This document shows positions 1-10,400 of a stretch of 48,452 bases of DNA, one piece after another. This stretch comes from Deltaproteobacteria bacterium (GTDB lineage Bacteria > Desulfobacterota > Binatia > Binatales > Binataceae). The notes beneath the pieces were generated by a model that saw nothing but the letters and a program-made list of their open reading frames with translations, made no database searches and was not told where the DNA came from. The stretch covers positions 1-48,452 of the forward strand of contig JAJYVB010000001.1 of NCBI GenBank assembly GCA_021792265.1. Direction: 5' to 3'. Each line of letters starts with the position of its first letter. Position 1 is the stretch's first letter. A program made the translations under genes and the position numbers.

Positions 1-119
1 GGCCGGCGTACGCCGTCAACAAAGTCAGTGCGGAAGCCTTCTTCACCCCTGAGCAGCTCGCCAACGCGCGCCGGCGCATGGAGGGCTGGACCAAGCTTCT
101 CTCGCGCACCGGACGTTAA
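1..119 (+). CDS. 3' end of an unidentified CDS entering from upstream (partial)
   Basis: Frame open from the window edge (codons from nt 3): PAYAVNKVSAEAFFTPEQLANARRRMEGWTKLLSRTGR, TAA at 117..119, hairpin just downstream. No family recognised. Confidence 0.3.
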   Translation, partial: PAYAVNKVSAEAFFTPEQLANARRRMEGWTKLLSRTGR

Positions 120-128
120 GGGGTGATG

Positions 129-149
129 CGCGCCCGGCTTCAGGGCGCG
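129..149. terminator. GC-rich hairpin between convergent genes (possible bidirectional terminator)
   Basis: cgcgccc (129..135) / gggcgcg (143..149), 7-bp stem and 7-nt loop, between the upstream CDS stop (119) and the GT2 stop (151). Confidence 0.35.
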
Positions 150-150
150 T

Positions 151-1086
151 CTAAGTGCGGGGTGACGCCGGCTGCGCCTTCCGGCTGCGGCCGGTGAGCG
201 CTCGGGAAACCCGCCACGGCAGAAGAGTGCGAAGCAGCCGCATCGCGTTTTTCAGGTCGAAAGGCGCATAGTTGAGCGCGCGGATGAAACTGCGGCGCGC
301 CAGGCGCCGGTCACCCGCGCGCATCGCTCCGAGTCCCTTGTAGCCAAAGGCGGTCGCGTAAGCGCGGCGGGTTGCACGGACCAGGGGACGAGCGTCGCGT
401 CCGTGGCGCTCCAGGACGCGATGGACGAACAGCGGGTGGTAGCGCTCGTAACGCTCCATGCGTTGGTCAATCGGCGTCGTTCGATAACTGATGAAAGGAT
501 GCGGTACGAAGAAGAACTCGCCCAGACCTCGCACCCGCATCCAGAGGTCAGGATCCTCGTAAGCACGCAGCTCCGGGCAGAAACCGCCGCTCTCGACAAA
601 CGCTCGTCGGTGCATCACGACCGCGCTTGGCAGAATCGGCCACCAGCGCCGCAAGAGTTCGCCCATCGCGGGCGCATGGGCCATTTCGGGCGGCACGAAC
701 GACTGGCTGATCACGGCGCCGTTCGCCTCTACCGAAAGGCCGTCAGAGTAAACGAGCACCACTTCTGGGCGCTTGTCGAGCACGCCGGCCGTTGTCTCCA
801 GCTTGCCTTCGAGCCAAAGGTCGTCGGCGTCGAGAAATGCCACGTAGTCACCGCGAGCGTGCGCTACGCCGACGTTACGCGCAGCACCCGCACCGGCATT
901 GGGCTGGCGGATTACGGTCAATCGGCCGGCGTAACGCCCTAGGATCTCCGCGGTGGCATCGGTTGATCCGTCGTCGACCACGATCACCTCAAAATCGTCT
1001 TCCAGGCGCTGTGAGAAGACGCTTTCGAGCGCCCTTTCTATGGTGCTTTCTCCCTGATAAACGGCGATTACGACCGAGACCTTCAT
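151..1086 (-). CDS. family 2 glycosyltransferase
   Basis: N-terminus MKVSVVIAVYQGESTIERALESVFSQ...VIVVDDGSTD...FLDADD is the classic GT-A/GT2 signature. Full 311-aa ORF. Confidence 0.9.
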   Translation of the reverse strand: MKVSVVIAVYQGESTIERALESVFSQRLEDDFEVIVVDDGSTDATAEILGRYAGRLTVIRQPNAGAGAARNVGVAHARGDYVAFLDADDLWLEGKLETTAGVLDKRPEVVLVYSDGLSVEANGAVISQSFVPPEMAHAPAMGELLRRWWPILPSAVVMHRRAFVESGGFCPELRAYEDPDLWMRVRGLGEFFFVPHPFISYRTTPIDQRMERYERYHPLFVHRVLERHGRDARPLVRATRRAYATAFGYKGLGAMRAGDRRLARRSFIRALNYAPFDLKNAMRLLRTLLPWRVSRALTGRSRKAQPASPRT

Positions 1087-1112
1087 CGTTCAACGAAAAA
1101 CGCTAGCAGGCC

Positions 1113-1143
1113 GGAGGCCGGACCGTTTTTCGGTCCGGCCTCC
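1113..1143 (-). terminator. stem-loop downstream of the nitroreductase gene
   Basis: ggaggccggaccg / cggtccggcctcc, perfect 13-bp stem with a 5-nt loop. A short T-run follows on the minus strand. Confidence 0.5.
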
Positions 1144-1254
1144 GCTCTCCACGAGCGCCACGGTCGATGCCACTTGAATCACGCTCGGGCCCGTCAACTG
1201 CCGGCGTCCGTTGTCCTTATGCACGCTCGTTATTGCCCGCTGCCCGGCTCCCGC

Positions 1255-2043
1255 TCAGCCCCTTATATCGGAAGCCGGCTTGTACATGACGAGGTGGCGC
1301 TTGTTCTTTATCCAGTCGTCGATCTGCGCCAGCGTCATGTAGTGGGATATATCGAACCTTTCCCAGTTAACGATCTCGTTCAATTCCTTCTTCCATCGCT
1401 TGAACGGCTTTTTGTCCGGCGGCGGCGGTCCAAAACACATGATATCGAGCAGCGCCAAATCCTCCGGCACGCCGAGGATGGGTTTCAGCGCGTTTTGTGC
1501 TTTTTCCTGTCCGAGCAACGTGACCCACCAGACGTTGTAGCCGAGCGCGGCGGCGGCCAGATGGGCGGCCATCGTCGCCGCCGCGACGCTTTGCAACAGA
1601 ATGCGCTCGGCGTTGGCGACATACATCCGGGCAAGCTCGGAGGTATCGCTGTCGGGCAAAACGGGAAAGGCTCGCACCCAGCGAAAGTCGCTCGCCACCA
1701 CGATGAAGCCCGGTGCTGTTCTAAGCCCGCGGTAATCCGGCGTGGGAAACTTCATCTTGAGCTTCGCGCGGGAGTTCTGCTCGTTAACGCAATAGTCGGC
1801 GATCTTATTCTTGGTGTCGGGATTGGTGACGACGATGAAGTGCCAGGGCTGCGCGTCAGCCCCCGAGGGGCTATGGCGTGCGGCTTCCAGAATCATTTCG
1901 TAATGTTCCCGGGGCACTACGTAGGACGGGTCGAAACTCCGGATAGTGATTCGGTTGCGGACAATTTCCATGAACTGATTGTAACGCGAGTAGTCAGCGG
2001 ACTGTCCTGAGCTGGCGTGCTCTGCAGCAGCTTTGTTCGCCAT
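1255..2043 (-). CDS. nitroreductase family protein
   Basis: IRSFDP...EHYEMILEAARHSPSGADAQPWHFIVV matches the conserved nitroreductase N-terminal FMN-binding motif. 262 aa. Confidence 0.85.
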   Translation of the reverse strand: MANKAAAEHASSGQSADYSRYNQFMEIVRNRITIRSFDPSYVVPREHYEMILEAARHSPSGADAQPWHFIVVTNPDTKNKIADYCVNEQNSRAKLKMKFPTPDYRGLRTAPGFIVVASDFRWVRAFPVLPDSDTSELARMYVANAERILLQSVAAATMAAHLAAAALGYNVWWVTLLGQEKAQNALKPILGVPEDLALLDIMCFGPPPPDKKPFKRWKKELNEIVNWERFDISHYMTLAQIDDWIKNKRHLVMYKPASDIRG

Positions 2044-2305
2044 CGATGTTTTCCTTGCCTTTGTCTGCGGGCGGCTTGTCTTGCCGCTCGCTGAATCGTG
2101 AGGCCTGTCCGACTACTTATTTGCTCGCCCGTTCCGGGCGGTAGCTTTCAACCCGAGTGCGGTGCACGGTCGTTTGCCACAACGATGCGCAGCCTCCTCA
2201 CGTGAGCACCGGCTGAGGATGCAGTCGTAAGCTCAACTTACTTGAGAGGCGGGACCCTGGGAAGCGCTGGTTTCGCGAAAAGCGGCGTAAGCACGCGCAA
2301 TAGAC

Positions 2306-2340
2306 GCGCCGAGGAGCCTGTGATACCGGCTCCTCGGCGC
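2306..2340 (-). terminator. stem-loop downstream of glnA
   Basis: gcgccgaggagcc (2306..2318) / ggctcctcggcgc (2328..2340), 13-bp perfect stem, 30 nt beyond the glnA stop. Confidence 0.45.
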
Positions 2341-2370
2341 TGATGTCCCTAGCTGCTTTTCAGCGGCTGC

Positions 2371-3783
2371 CTACGCGTCGAAGTAGAGGGCGAACTCGTA
2401 AGGATGAGGTCGAAGGCGGGTGGGGCTCACCTCCCGCGACATCTTGAAGTCGATCCAGGTCTCGATCAGGTCCGCAGTGAAGACGTCGCCTTTGAGCAGG
2501 AACTCATGGTCGCGCCGCAAACACTCAAGCGCGCCCTCCAGCGACGCTGGCATGCTCGGCACGTCGGCCAGTTCCGCGGGTGTCAACGCATAGATGTCCT
2601 TGTCAAGCGGCTGACCGGGGTCAAGACGGCGCTGGATTCCATCGAGTCCCGCCATCAGCATCGCGGAGAACGCCAGGTAAGGGTTGCAGGTCGGATCCGG
2701 GAAGCGCACCTCGATGCGCTTGCTCTTGGGCGACGGCGAATACATCGGGATGCGCACGCCGGCCGACCGATTGCGGCTCGAGTAGGCGAGATTGATCGGC
2801 GCCTCGAAACCCGGCACCAGCCGGCGGTACGAGTTGGTCCCCGGATTGGTGAAGGCCGCGAGAGCCGGAGCGTGCTGCAGGATGCCGGCAATGTAATGCA
2901 GGGCCAACTCCGACAGGCCGGCATAACCCGACCCCGCAAACAGCGGAGTCTCACCTTTCCAAAGGCTCTGATGCGTATGCATGCCGGAGCCGTTGTCGCC
3001 GAAGACCGGCTTGGGCATGAAAGTTACGGTCATACCGTGGCGGATCGCGACGTTCTTGCAGATGTACTTATGCCAGCTCAGCCAGTCCGCCATCCGCAGC
3101 AGTGGCTGAAACCGCATGTCAATCTCGGCCTGGCCTGCCGTCGCGACCTCGTGATGGTGCTTCTCCACCTGGATGCCCACCTGCTCCATCACTCGCACCA
3201 TCTCGGTGCGCACGCCCTGCAGGCTGTCGTTGGGCGGAACGGGAAAGTATCCCTCCTTGTAACGCGGCTTGTAGCCCAGGTTCTGGCCCTCGCGGCCGCT
3301 GTCCCAGATACCCTCGTTAGACTCGATGTAGTAGTAGCTGGAATGCGCGGTGGTGTCGTAGCGAACGCCGTTGAAGATGAAGAACTCGGGCTCCGGGCCG
3401 AAATAGGCGGCATCGCCGATACCTGTGGACTTGAGATAGGCCTCGGCTTTACGCGCAACATTGCGCGGGTCGCGGCTATAGTCCGTGCGCGTAATAGGGT
3501 CGGATACGTTGCACAAAATGGTTAGGGTGGGGTCCTTGGCGAAGGGTTCCATCACCGCGGTGTTTGGGTCGGGAATGACCAGCATGTCGCTGGCCTCGAT
3601 GGCCTGCCAGCCGCGGATCGACGACCCGTCAAAGCCCAGGCCTTCCTCGAAAACCGACTCATCGCGGAATTCGCTGACGGGAACCGTGAAGTGCTGCCAC
3701 TGGCCGAGCAAGTCCATAAACTTGATATCGACCACTACGGCGCCCTTTTCTTTGACCATCTGAAGTACTTGCTTCGGCGTCAT
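2371..3783 (-). CDS. glnA: glutamine synthetase, type I
   Basis: 470 aa. [16 protein letters not shown]..., [38 protein letters not shown] and RIEVRFPD are canonical GSI motifs. Confidence 0.97.
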   Translation of the reverse strand: MTPKQVLQMVKEKGAVVVDIKFMDLLGQWQHFTVPVSEFRDESVFEEGLGFDGSSIRGWQAIEASDMLVIPDPNTAVMEPFAKDPTLTILCNVSDPITRTDYSRDPRNVARKAEAYLKSTGIGDAAYFGPEPEFFIFNGVRYDTTAHSSYYYIESNEGIWDSGREGQNLGYKPRYKEGYFPVPPNDSLQGVRTEMVRVMEQVGIQVEKHHHEVATAGQAEIDMRFQPLLRMADWLSWHKYICKNVAIRHGMTVTFMPKPVFGDNGSGMHTHQSLWKGETPLFAGSGYAGLSELALHYIAGILQHAPALAAFTNPGTNSYRRLVPGFEAPINLAYSSRNRSAGVRIPMYSPSPKSKRIEVRFPDPTCNPYLAFSAMLMAGLDGIQRRLDPGQPLDKDIYALTPAELADVPSMPASLEGALECLRRDHEFLLKGDVFTADLIETWIDFKMSREVSPTRLRPHPYEFALYFDA

Positions 3784-3837
3784 CTGACCTTACAATCCTC
3801 CTGGCCCGTTTCGTGCTCGGGCAAACGTGATTTGCTT

Positions 3838-3853
3838 AGCAAGAAGGCTGCCA
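3838..3853 (-). promoter_or_regulatory. sigma-54 type -24/-12 promoter element upstream of glnA
   Basis: Minus strand reads TGGCAG-CCTTC-TTGCT (consensus TGGCAC-N5-TTGCW) with correct GG-N10-GC spacing, about 55 nt upstream of the glnA ATG. glnA is a classic NtrC/sigma-54 target. Confidence 0.5.
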
Positions 3854-4123
3854 GCCCTCCAATTGTGCTCTATTGCGTCCGCAAAAGGACGTTTCACGAA
3901 GCTTCGTGGACCGGCACCGGTACGCTTCAGTCTTTTGCCATGAAACCGAGCCTTAGGCAACTTGTGGGGGACGGTGCTGCCAAGGAGTTTGGCATAGAGG
4001 CGGCGGCGTCGGTAGCTGCCCAGGCGGCCGGCCGGAATTCCGGCTTGGCGCCTTTGCCACGTGCGCAATAACTGCGCAGGGACGTGCCCAATAGCTGCGC
4101 ACCGTGAGCGTCGGGGCGGCAGC

Positions 4124-5449
4124 TCAATCGAATACGAGGCTTGCGTAGGACACCGCCGAATCGGTCTCCGGTTCGACCGCTACGCCGTATTTGAGCAGTC
4201 GGCCGGCCCGCCCGCGCAACAGTTCCAGTTGTACGTACATCGGGGCAAGCCCGCAGATGCGCCGGCGGTCCTGTTCGGCGGCGACGGCCGTAAAAAAATC
4301 GACGGGGTCGCCGCGCTCGATTGTTTCGATTAGCGCCAAGTCGTGGCGCTTGAGGTCCTCGAGCACGCCGTCGCCGTCCACGCCGAAGCTGTCGCCGAAT
4401 TTGCGCCCAATATGGGCGAAGTCCACACCCGAGATGATCAAAGTGCGGCGCTTCTCGGCTGCCAGCAGTTCTCCGAGCGCATCGAGGAACGACGACACGC
4501 GGCCGTCACTGGCCGGCATGGCGGCGCGCCGCACCAAATCGTAAAACGACCCTACCAGGATAGGCACCACCTGGTAGCCGTCGACGCCGAGCGTTGCAGC
4601 AAGGAACAACGTCTGGAATTCGATCGAATGCTCTTGGCGGTGAAGGAGTTCGTCGACAAAAAGATCGCCCCGGCGGTAACGCCCGGCGAGGCGTTTCACG
4701 AATTCCGCATCGGTAGGCACCGTCCCGAGCGGCGTTTCGTAATCCTTGAAGGTTGCAGCGAAAAGCTCGGGGCCGCCGCCATAGTGCGAGGTTGCCAAAA
4801 TGATGATTAGTTCAGGCTTCTCGCGCCTCATCAGCTCGGCGTAAGCGTGCGCATAAGCGGCGGCTCCCCTGCGGGGATCGATATGGGGTGAGATCAGCCC
4901 CTGTGGGGTCCGCGAGCGTTCCGCCGCCTTCCGGCTTGGTCCCGCACAGCCAGCGGCCTCGAAATATGCAGCGATTTCGGCGCGCAGTGCCTCGGGCTCG
5001 GCGGCGTAGCATAAGCCGGCGTGAGCGGCGGAGCGGCTGGCGCTGGCAAGGAACTCGTCGCGCACGCGGCGCGCGCGTTCCGCGAAGGCTGGCGTATCGA
5101 GCAAGTAGGCCGCATCAAGCGCCGCGACCAACTCCTCCAGTTGCTCGGGCGCGAGGGTTGTCTGAAAACGCTGCTCAAAAGCCGCGCGAATTTCGTCGAG
5201 GCTCGTCGCCCCGTTGAAAAGTGTGGTCAGGTAGTAAGCTCCGACTCCGACCACCAGCGGGTCAGGCGCCACGCCCAGAGGATCACGCAGACAAACCAGA
5301 GTTTTTCCCTGATGCTGAACCGGAAAGGCCTCGACCATTCTCATGCGGGGCCGCTGCGGCGTCGAACGTGGTTCTTGCACGGTGGGATCGACGGACGATG
5401 CGCCTGAGGCGTCTATACCGGGCGCGGCCGCGCCGGTCGGCTCTAGCAA
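4124..5449 (-). CDS. Memo-family (AmmeMemoRadiSam system protein B-like) protein with extra N-terminal domain
   Basis: Core motifs RSAAHAGLCYAAEPEAL, ISPHIDPRRG, ILATSHYGG, GVDFAHIGRKFGD and ICGLAPM. The annotated start is TTG at 5449; an alternative ATG lies at 5344. Confidence 0.85.
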   Translation of the reverse strand: MLEPTGAAAPGIDASGASSVDPTVQEPRSTPQRPRMRMVEAFPVQHQGKTLVCLRDPLGVAPDPLVVGVGAYYLTTLFNGATSLDEIRAAFEQRFQTTLAPEQLEELVAALDAAYLLDTPAFAERARRVRDEFLASASRSAAHAGLCYAAEPEALRAEIAAYFEAAGCAGPSRKAAERSRTPQGLISPHIDPRRGAAAYAHAYAELMRREKPELIIILATSHYGGGPELFAATFKDYETPLGTVPTDAEFVKRLAGRYRRGDLFVDELLHRQEHSIEFQTLFLAATLGVDGYQVVPILVGSFYDLVRRAAMPASDGRVSSFLDALGELLAAEKRRTLIISGVDFAHIGRKFGDSFGVDGDGVLEDLKRHDLALIETIERGDPVDFFTAVAAEQDRRRICGLAPMYVQLELLRGRAGRLLKYGVAVEPETDSAVSYASLVFD

Positions 5450-5488
5450 GCAGCCGGACCCTCGGTCCCGCCTTCGAGCTCTCCGTCC

Positions 5489-5773
5489 CTATTCGTAGTC
5501 GTCGCCGAAGTGGGCGCGCACGATTCGTGCCTTAAGATATTCGAGCGTGCCGAGGTCTTCGACGATGTCGCCGCCCGTGTCGTAGAAGAAAAGTTCGCCG
5601 CTTTTGGTCCGGCCCACCGCGATGATCCATTCCAGATCGTCGCGGTCCTCTAGCAGATAGTTGATGGTCTGAGCGACACCGCGGCCCGGAATAATGGTGA
5701 TTTTGGGTCGCGGCTGCTTTTCCTTTTCCTGCTTCGGCATTTTTTCCGCTTGAGACCTCTGGCGGGAAGGCAA
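5489..5773 (-). CDS. hypothetical small protein (94 aa; start uncertain, alternative ATG at 5740)
   Basis: Non-overlapping ORF packed between the methyltransferase and Memo genes on the same strand. Ordinary protein-like composition in the C-terminal 65 aa. No family recognised. Confidence 0.5.
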   Translation of the reverse strand: MPSRQRSQAEKMPKQEKEKQPRPKITIIPGRGVAQTINYLLEDRDDLEWIIAVGRTKSGELFFYDTGGDIVEDLGTLEYLKARIVRAHFGDDYE

Positions 5774-5789
5774 AGCCTCACGAAACAGC

Positions 5790-7109
5790 TTACGAACGCC
5801 GCGCGTTCGAAGTCAAGACCAGACTTGCGACGAGCTCGACGTGATGCGTGTTGGGAAAAAAGTCGAAGGCACGCACCTGCTCGAGGCAGTAACCCGCTAC
5901 GGCCAGCCCTCTTAAGTCGCGGACCAGCGTGGCGAGATTGCACGACACGTAAACGAGCCGCGGGGCGCATAGCTTCGCCAAGGGCTCAACTAAACGCGCT
6001 GCACCGCCGCGCGGCGGATCGAGCACAACCACGGCGGGCCGATAGCCGGCGCGCGCGAGAAAGTCCGTCATCTCCGCCGCGTTCAGAGTTACAAATCGAG
6101 CTTGGGCCAGCCCCAGGCGTTGCGCGTTGCGCGCTGCCGCCTCGATCGCCTGCGCATCCACATCGGCACCGAGTACGCTGGCGCCGCGCCGGACCGCAGG
6201 GAGACTCAGGTTTCCCGCTCCGCAGAACAGATCAAACACCGAAAGGCCGGGCTCGATAGCCGCAAATGCCATAACCGTGCCGACTAGCTTACGGTTCTGC
6301 ACGCGGTTGACCTGGCTGAATAGATCCGCTTCAAGATCGAGCGACAGCCCGGGTTCGACTTCGAGCGATACCGTGGTGTTTCCCCACGCCGCGCGGCGCG
6401 CGCCAGCGCGCAACACGACGCCGCAGAGCCCGTGGCTGCGCAATCCAACGGCCTCGCGTTCGACGAGCTTCCGCAGTGTTTCCAGTTCGCCGCTACTGGC
6501 GTGCGATCCCAAATGGGCTACCGTGGCCGTGCCGCCGTCGCAGGTGACGACTTCGATTTCACGGCATTGTCTTCCGAAAAGCTGAGCCAGTTCCCGCGGC
6601 ATCTGCAGCGCGGGGTCGGCAACCAGGCAACGGTCGATGGCGACGAGTCCCCGTCCGCCCGGTTCCCGAAATCCCAATTCACCACCTGGCCCGACACAGA
6701 GCCGGATGCGGGAGCGGTAACCGAACTCGCTGGGCGACGGTTCGACCAGATGCGCCGGGTCGGCGTCGTAATTCAGCGCTCGTTTAAGTTCTCGCGCGAC
6801 GATCTCGCCCTTCAGGCGCAATTGTCCATCATAACTAATATGCTGCCAGTCACATCCACCGCATCGCGGCAGGTACGGGCAAGGCGAGCTGCGCCGGTCA
6901 GGTCCTGGGCGAACCACGCGCTGCAGACGGGCCATGGCGTAGTCGCGCGTCTCGCTTGCGATCTCAACCTCGACGAGATCGCCTGGCGCCGCATGCGGAA
7001 CCATCACCGCCTTTCCGGTGATATGGCCAATACCGTAAGGTCCGAGTCCCAGTGCAGTTATTTCCAGTGTCGGCACGCCGCTAAACGCTGCGCCGGCACG
7101 CCGCGGCAA
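5790..7109 (-). CDS. RumA/TrmA-family 23S rRNA (uracil-5-)-methyltransferase (TRAM + Fe-S + SAM-MTase)
   Basis: TRAM-like GHITGKAVMVPHAAPGDLVEVEI, Cys cluster CPYLPRCGGCDWQH, SAM motif DLFCGAGNLSLP and VVLDPPRGGA. Alternative GTG start at 7076. Confidence 0.9.
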   Translation of the reverse strand: MPRRAGAAFSGVPTLEITALGLGPYGIGHITGKAVMVPHAAPGDLVEVEIASETRDYAMARLQRVVRPGPDRRSSPCPYLPRCGGCDWQHISYDGQLRLKGEIVARELKRALNYDADPAHLVEPSPSEFGYRSRIRLCVGPGGELGFREPGGRGLVAIDRCLVADPALQMPRELAQLFGRQCREIEVVTCDGGTATVAHLGSHASSGELETLRKLVEREAVGLRSHGLCGVVLRAGARRAAWGNTTVSLEVEPGLSLDLEADLFSQVNRVQNRKLVGTVMAFAAIEPGLSVFDLFCGAGNLSLPAVRRGASVLGADVDAQAIEAAARNAQRLGLAQARFVTLNAAEMTDFLARAGYRPAVVVLDPPRGGAARLVEPLAKLCAPRLVYVSCNLATLVRDLRGLAVAGYCLEQVRAFDFFPNTHHVELVASLVLTSNARRS

Positions 7110-7261
7110 GTTGCTTGCGTGTCACGTCCAATAACGTCCTTGTGTGGGCCTAGTCCACGTAGTCCCATCGGTTCAGCACCCGGATGATAGCTGACCGGCA
7201 GCCAGCGTCTCTATTGCGTCCCATTAGAGAGTAAGGGCTACTGGTTGCTCCGCAGTGCCGC

Positions 7262-7299
7262 CAACTTGGAAACCGTCATGCAACTTGGAGGCTGTCATG
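7262..7299 (+). repeat. tandem 19-bp direct repeat (2 units) in the divergent promoter region
   Basis: caacttggaaaccgtcatg (7262..7280) immediately followed by caacttggaggctgtcatg (7281..7299), 16/19 identical. Confidence 0.6.
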
Positions 7300-7346
7300 C
7301 TCGAGCTGGACGAGTGCGTTTTCTAGCCGCGTTCTTCCGGTGGGCA

Positions 7347-7352
7347 TATAAT
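7347..7352 (+). promoter_or_regulatory. possible -10 box for the glutamate dehydrogenase gene
   Basis: Perfect TATAAT in GC-rich DNA about 53 nt upstream of the start codon. No good -35 seen. Confidence 0.25.
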
Positions 7353-7404
7353 CGGAGCGGGTCAAAGCGCCCGCACCTGTAAAGGGCGACGTTGCTGACC
7401 AAAC

Positions 7405-10400
7405 GTGATGAAGTTGTCAGAGAATCCGGATATCGAGCGTTCGTTGGACGCGGCCGCTCGCGAGGGTGAGGCGCAACTTTTCGAGCGCTTTTCCGAGCGC
7501 CTATTCGCGCGCCAGCCGGTTCAGGCGGCCCAGCTCGCGCCTGAGCACCGTGCCCGAATAGCGCGCGACAGTTTCGAGTTCTTCTACACCCGCTCCGAGA
7601 ACGTAGCGGTTCGGGTATTCGAAACCGCTGGTCGCCTCACGGCCATCGAAACCTTGATGCCTGACTGCCCGTTCATTGTCGACAGCCTGATTGAGTACTT
7701 TCACGAGCGCGGCACCCCGGTAACGACCCTGCTCCATCCGGTGCTGCACGTTGCGCGCGACGCGAGCGGCAAAGTGCTCTCGCTGGAAACTGCGAGCGCC
7801 GCTGAGCAGCGCGAATCGCTGGTGCACGCCGAACTCGAACTGGCACTCGACGGCGATGCGGTTAGCGCGACGCAGCGCGAGGTAGCCCGGATAGTGAACG
7901 AGGTTTATCTGGCGACCGAGGATTTCGAGGCGATGACCGGGAGGGCGCTCGCGATCTGCGAGGAGACTGCCGCGGTGCGCGAGCTGGTCGAGGTGCGAGA
8001 CTTCCTGCGCTGGCTGGTGCAAGGCGGCCTGGTTTTCCTCGCTTATCGGCGTTACACGGTGGAATCACACGACGGTGCGATTACGCTGGCCGCCGATCAG
8101 TCGGCGTCGCTGGGAACGGCGCGCGGTGAACATGGTTCGCGCTTCGACACTCCGCGCGCTATCGCCGAGCTGGACGCGGCCCATCGCCGCCTCCTTTTCG
8201 AGGGCCCTGCGCTTATCGTAGGCAAGACGCGCTCCGCAGCGCGGGTCCATCGGCGCCGCCCGATGGAGGACTTGACGCTGCGGCGCACCGATTCAAGCGG
8301 CCGTGTGACTGGCTTCGATCGCTTCCTCGGGCTCTTCACCTCGAAGGCTTACGTCGAGGAAGCGCAGCATATTCCAATGCTGCGCGCCAAATTCGCTGAA
8401 ATCCTCCGCTCCGAGCAAGCCGCTCCCGGCTCGCATGATTTCAAGGAGCTGGTGAGTGCCTTCAACAGCCTGCCCAAGGAGGAATTGTTCAGGGCCTCGG
8501 TTGCCGAACTGCGCTCGCAGCTTGACCTTATCCTGGACCTGAAAAGCCAACTCGAGGTGCGCCTGGCGATTTACCCAGACCCGGTGCGCGGCAACGTTGC
8601 CGTATTGGTGGTTATGCCGCGTGAGCGGTTCTCGGCCGAGGTCAGGCAGAAAATCCAGGATACCCTGGGGCGTCATCTGGGCGGACCGCTGGTCTACTAC
8701 CATCTGGCACTAGGCGAGGGTTATACGGCGCGGCTCCATTTCTGCTTTGCAGCTCCCTCGCCGCCGCCGGAGATTATCTCGGAGTTGAGCCAGGAGGTGA
8801 GTCGTCTTGCGCGTACCTGGCACGAGCGGCTCCGTGAGCGGCTAGTCGAGCGTTCCGGCGCGCAGCGATCGGTCGAGCTGATTGCCCGCTGGGGAGACGC
8901 GTTCGACGCAGGATACCAGGCAAGCACGCCTGTCGAGCGGGCAGTAGGTGATATCGAGCGTATGGAGGCTTTGCTGGCCGGCGCCGAGCTCGGCCTCGAG
9001 CTGCTGCCGCTCGAGGGCGAAGCGGACGGCGGGCAAGGCGAGCTTCGTATGTACGAAGTTTCGCAGGCGCCCACGCTGTCGGATCTGGTTCCGATGCTGC
9101 AAAACTTCGCCATCCGAGTGGTGTCCGAAGAGGCTCACGAGCTGCGCCCGCATGGCGACGGAAGAATGGAGTGCGCCTTTCTCCAGACCTTCCGGGTTTC
9201 AGGGATCCCATGGGAAACGCTCGGCCCGGACGGAGCCAAGGTACTTGGAGACGCCCTTTCCGCGGTTTATACGGGACGGGCCGAGAACGATTTGCTCAAT
9301 GCGCTTACTGTAAAGGCGGGGCTATCCTGGCGCGAAGTCGCGCTGCTTCGCGGTTACCTCGCGGCGGCTTTCCAGATGCGTCTGGCACCGGCGCGTCCGG
9401 CGTTAAGACGCGTCCTGCTGCAGGACCCTGAACTGTCGCGGCTTCTGGTGGAACTGTTCAACGAACGGCTCGACCCCAATCGCGAGACCTCGCAGCAGCG
9501 GATCGCCGAGCTTCGCGGGCGATATCTGGAGTGCCTGGGGGCTATCGACAATATCGCCGACGATCGGACCGCACGCGCGCTGCTGTCGATGGTCGAGGCC
9601 ACGGTCCGAACCAATTACTTCCTCCCGCCGCCCGCACCGGACCCTTATATTGCGCTCAAGTTCGAGAGCGCCCGAATCGCGAACCTCACGGATACCCTGC
9701 CGCTCTTCGAGATTCACGTCTCAAGCCCGCGGATGGAAGGATGCCATCTGCGCGCCGGCAAAGTCGCCCGCGGCGGCATCCGATTCAGCGACCGGCCCGA
9801 CGACTACCGCACGGAAATCCTGGACCTGATGAAGACCCAGACGGTCAAGAACGCCATCATCGTTCCCGTTGGCGCCAAGGGAGGATTTATAGTCAAACCG
9901 CACGGGCAGCGTCCGACCGGCCGCGAAGAGGCGGTTCAAGCCTATCGCACCCTCATCAGCGCGATGCTCGATCTGACCGACAAACGGCCCGGCGAGCAGC
10001 CGGCCCACCCTGAGGGCGTCAAAGTTCTCGACGACGACGGGCCGTATCTCGTGGTCGCCGCCGACAAGGGAACCGCTGCCTTCTCGGACATCGCTAACGA
10101 GATAGCCGAACAGCGCGGCTTCTGGCTGGGTGACGCCTTCGCCTCGGGCGGCAAGCATGGCTATGACCATAAGGCGATGGGAATCACCGCGCGCGGCGCG
10201 TGGGAGTCGATCAAGCGCCACTTGCGCGAGATGGGGCGCGACCCGGTGCGGGGCAAGCCGATCACCATGGTTGGGATCGGCGACATGTCGGGCGACGTCT
10301 TCGGCAACGGGCTGCTGGTGTCGGATAATGTAAAGCTGATAGCCGCCTTCGATCATCGCCACATTTTCATCGATCCCGACCCCGATCCCGCGCGCAGCTA

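Noticed and set aside
2404-3525. 373-aa plus-strand ORF
   Set aside because: It is entirely antisense to the unmistakable glnA. Its Arg/Ala/Gly/His-rich composition is typical of shadow ORFs in high-GC DNA.
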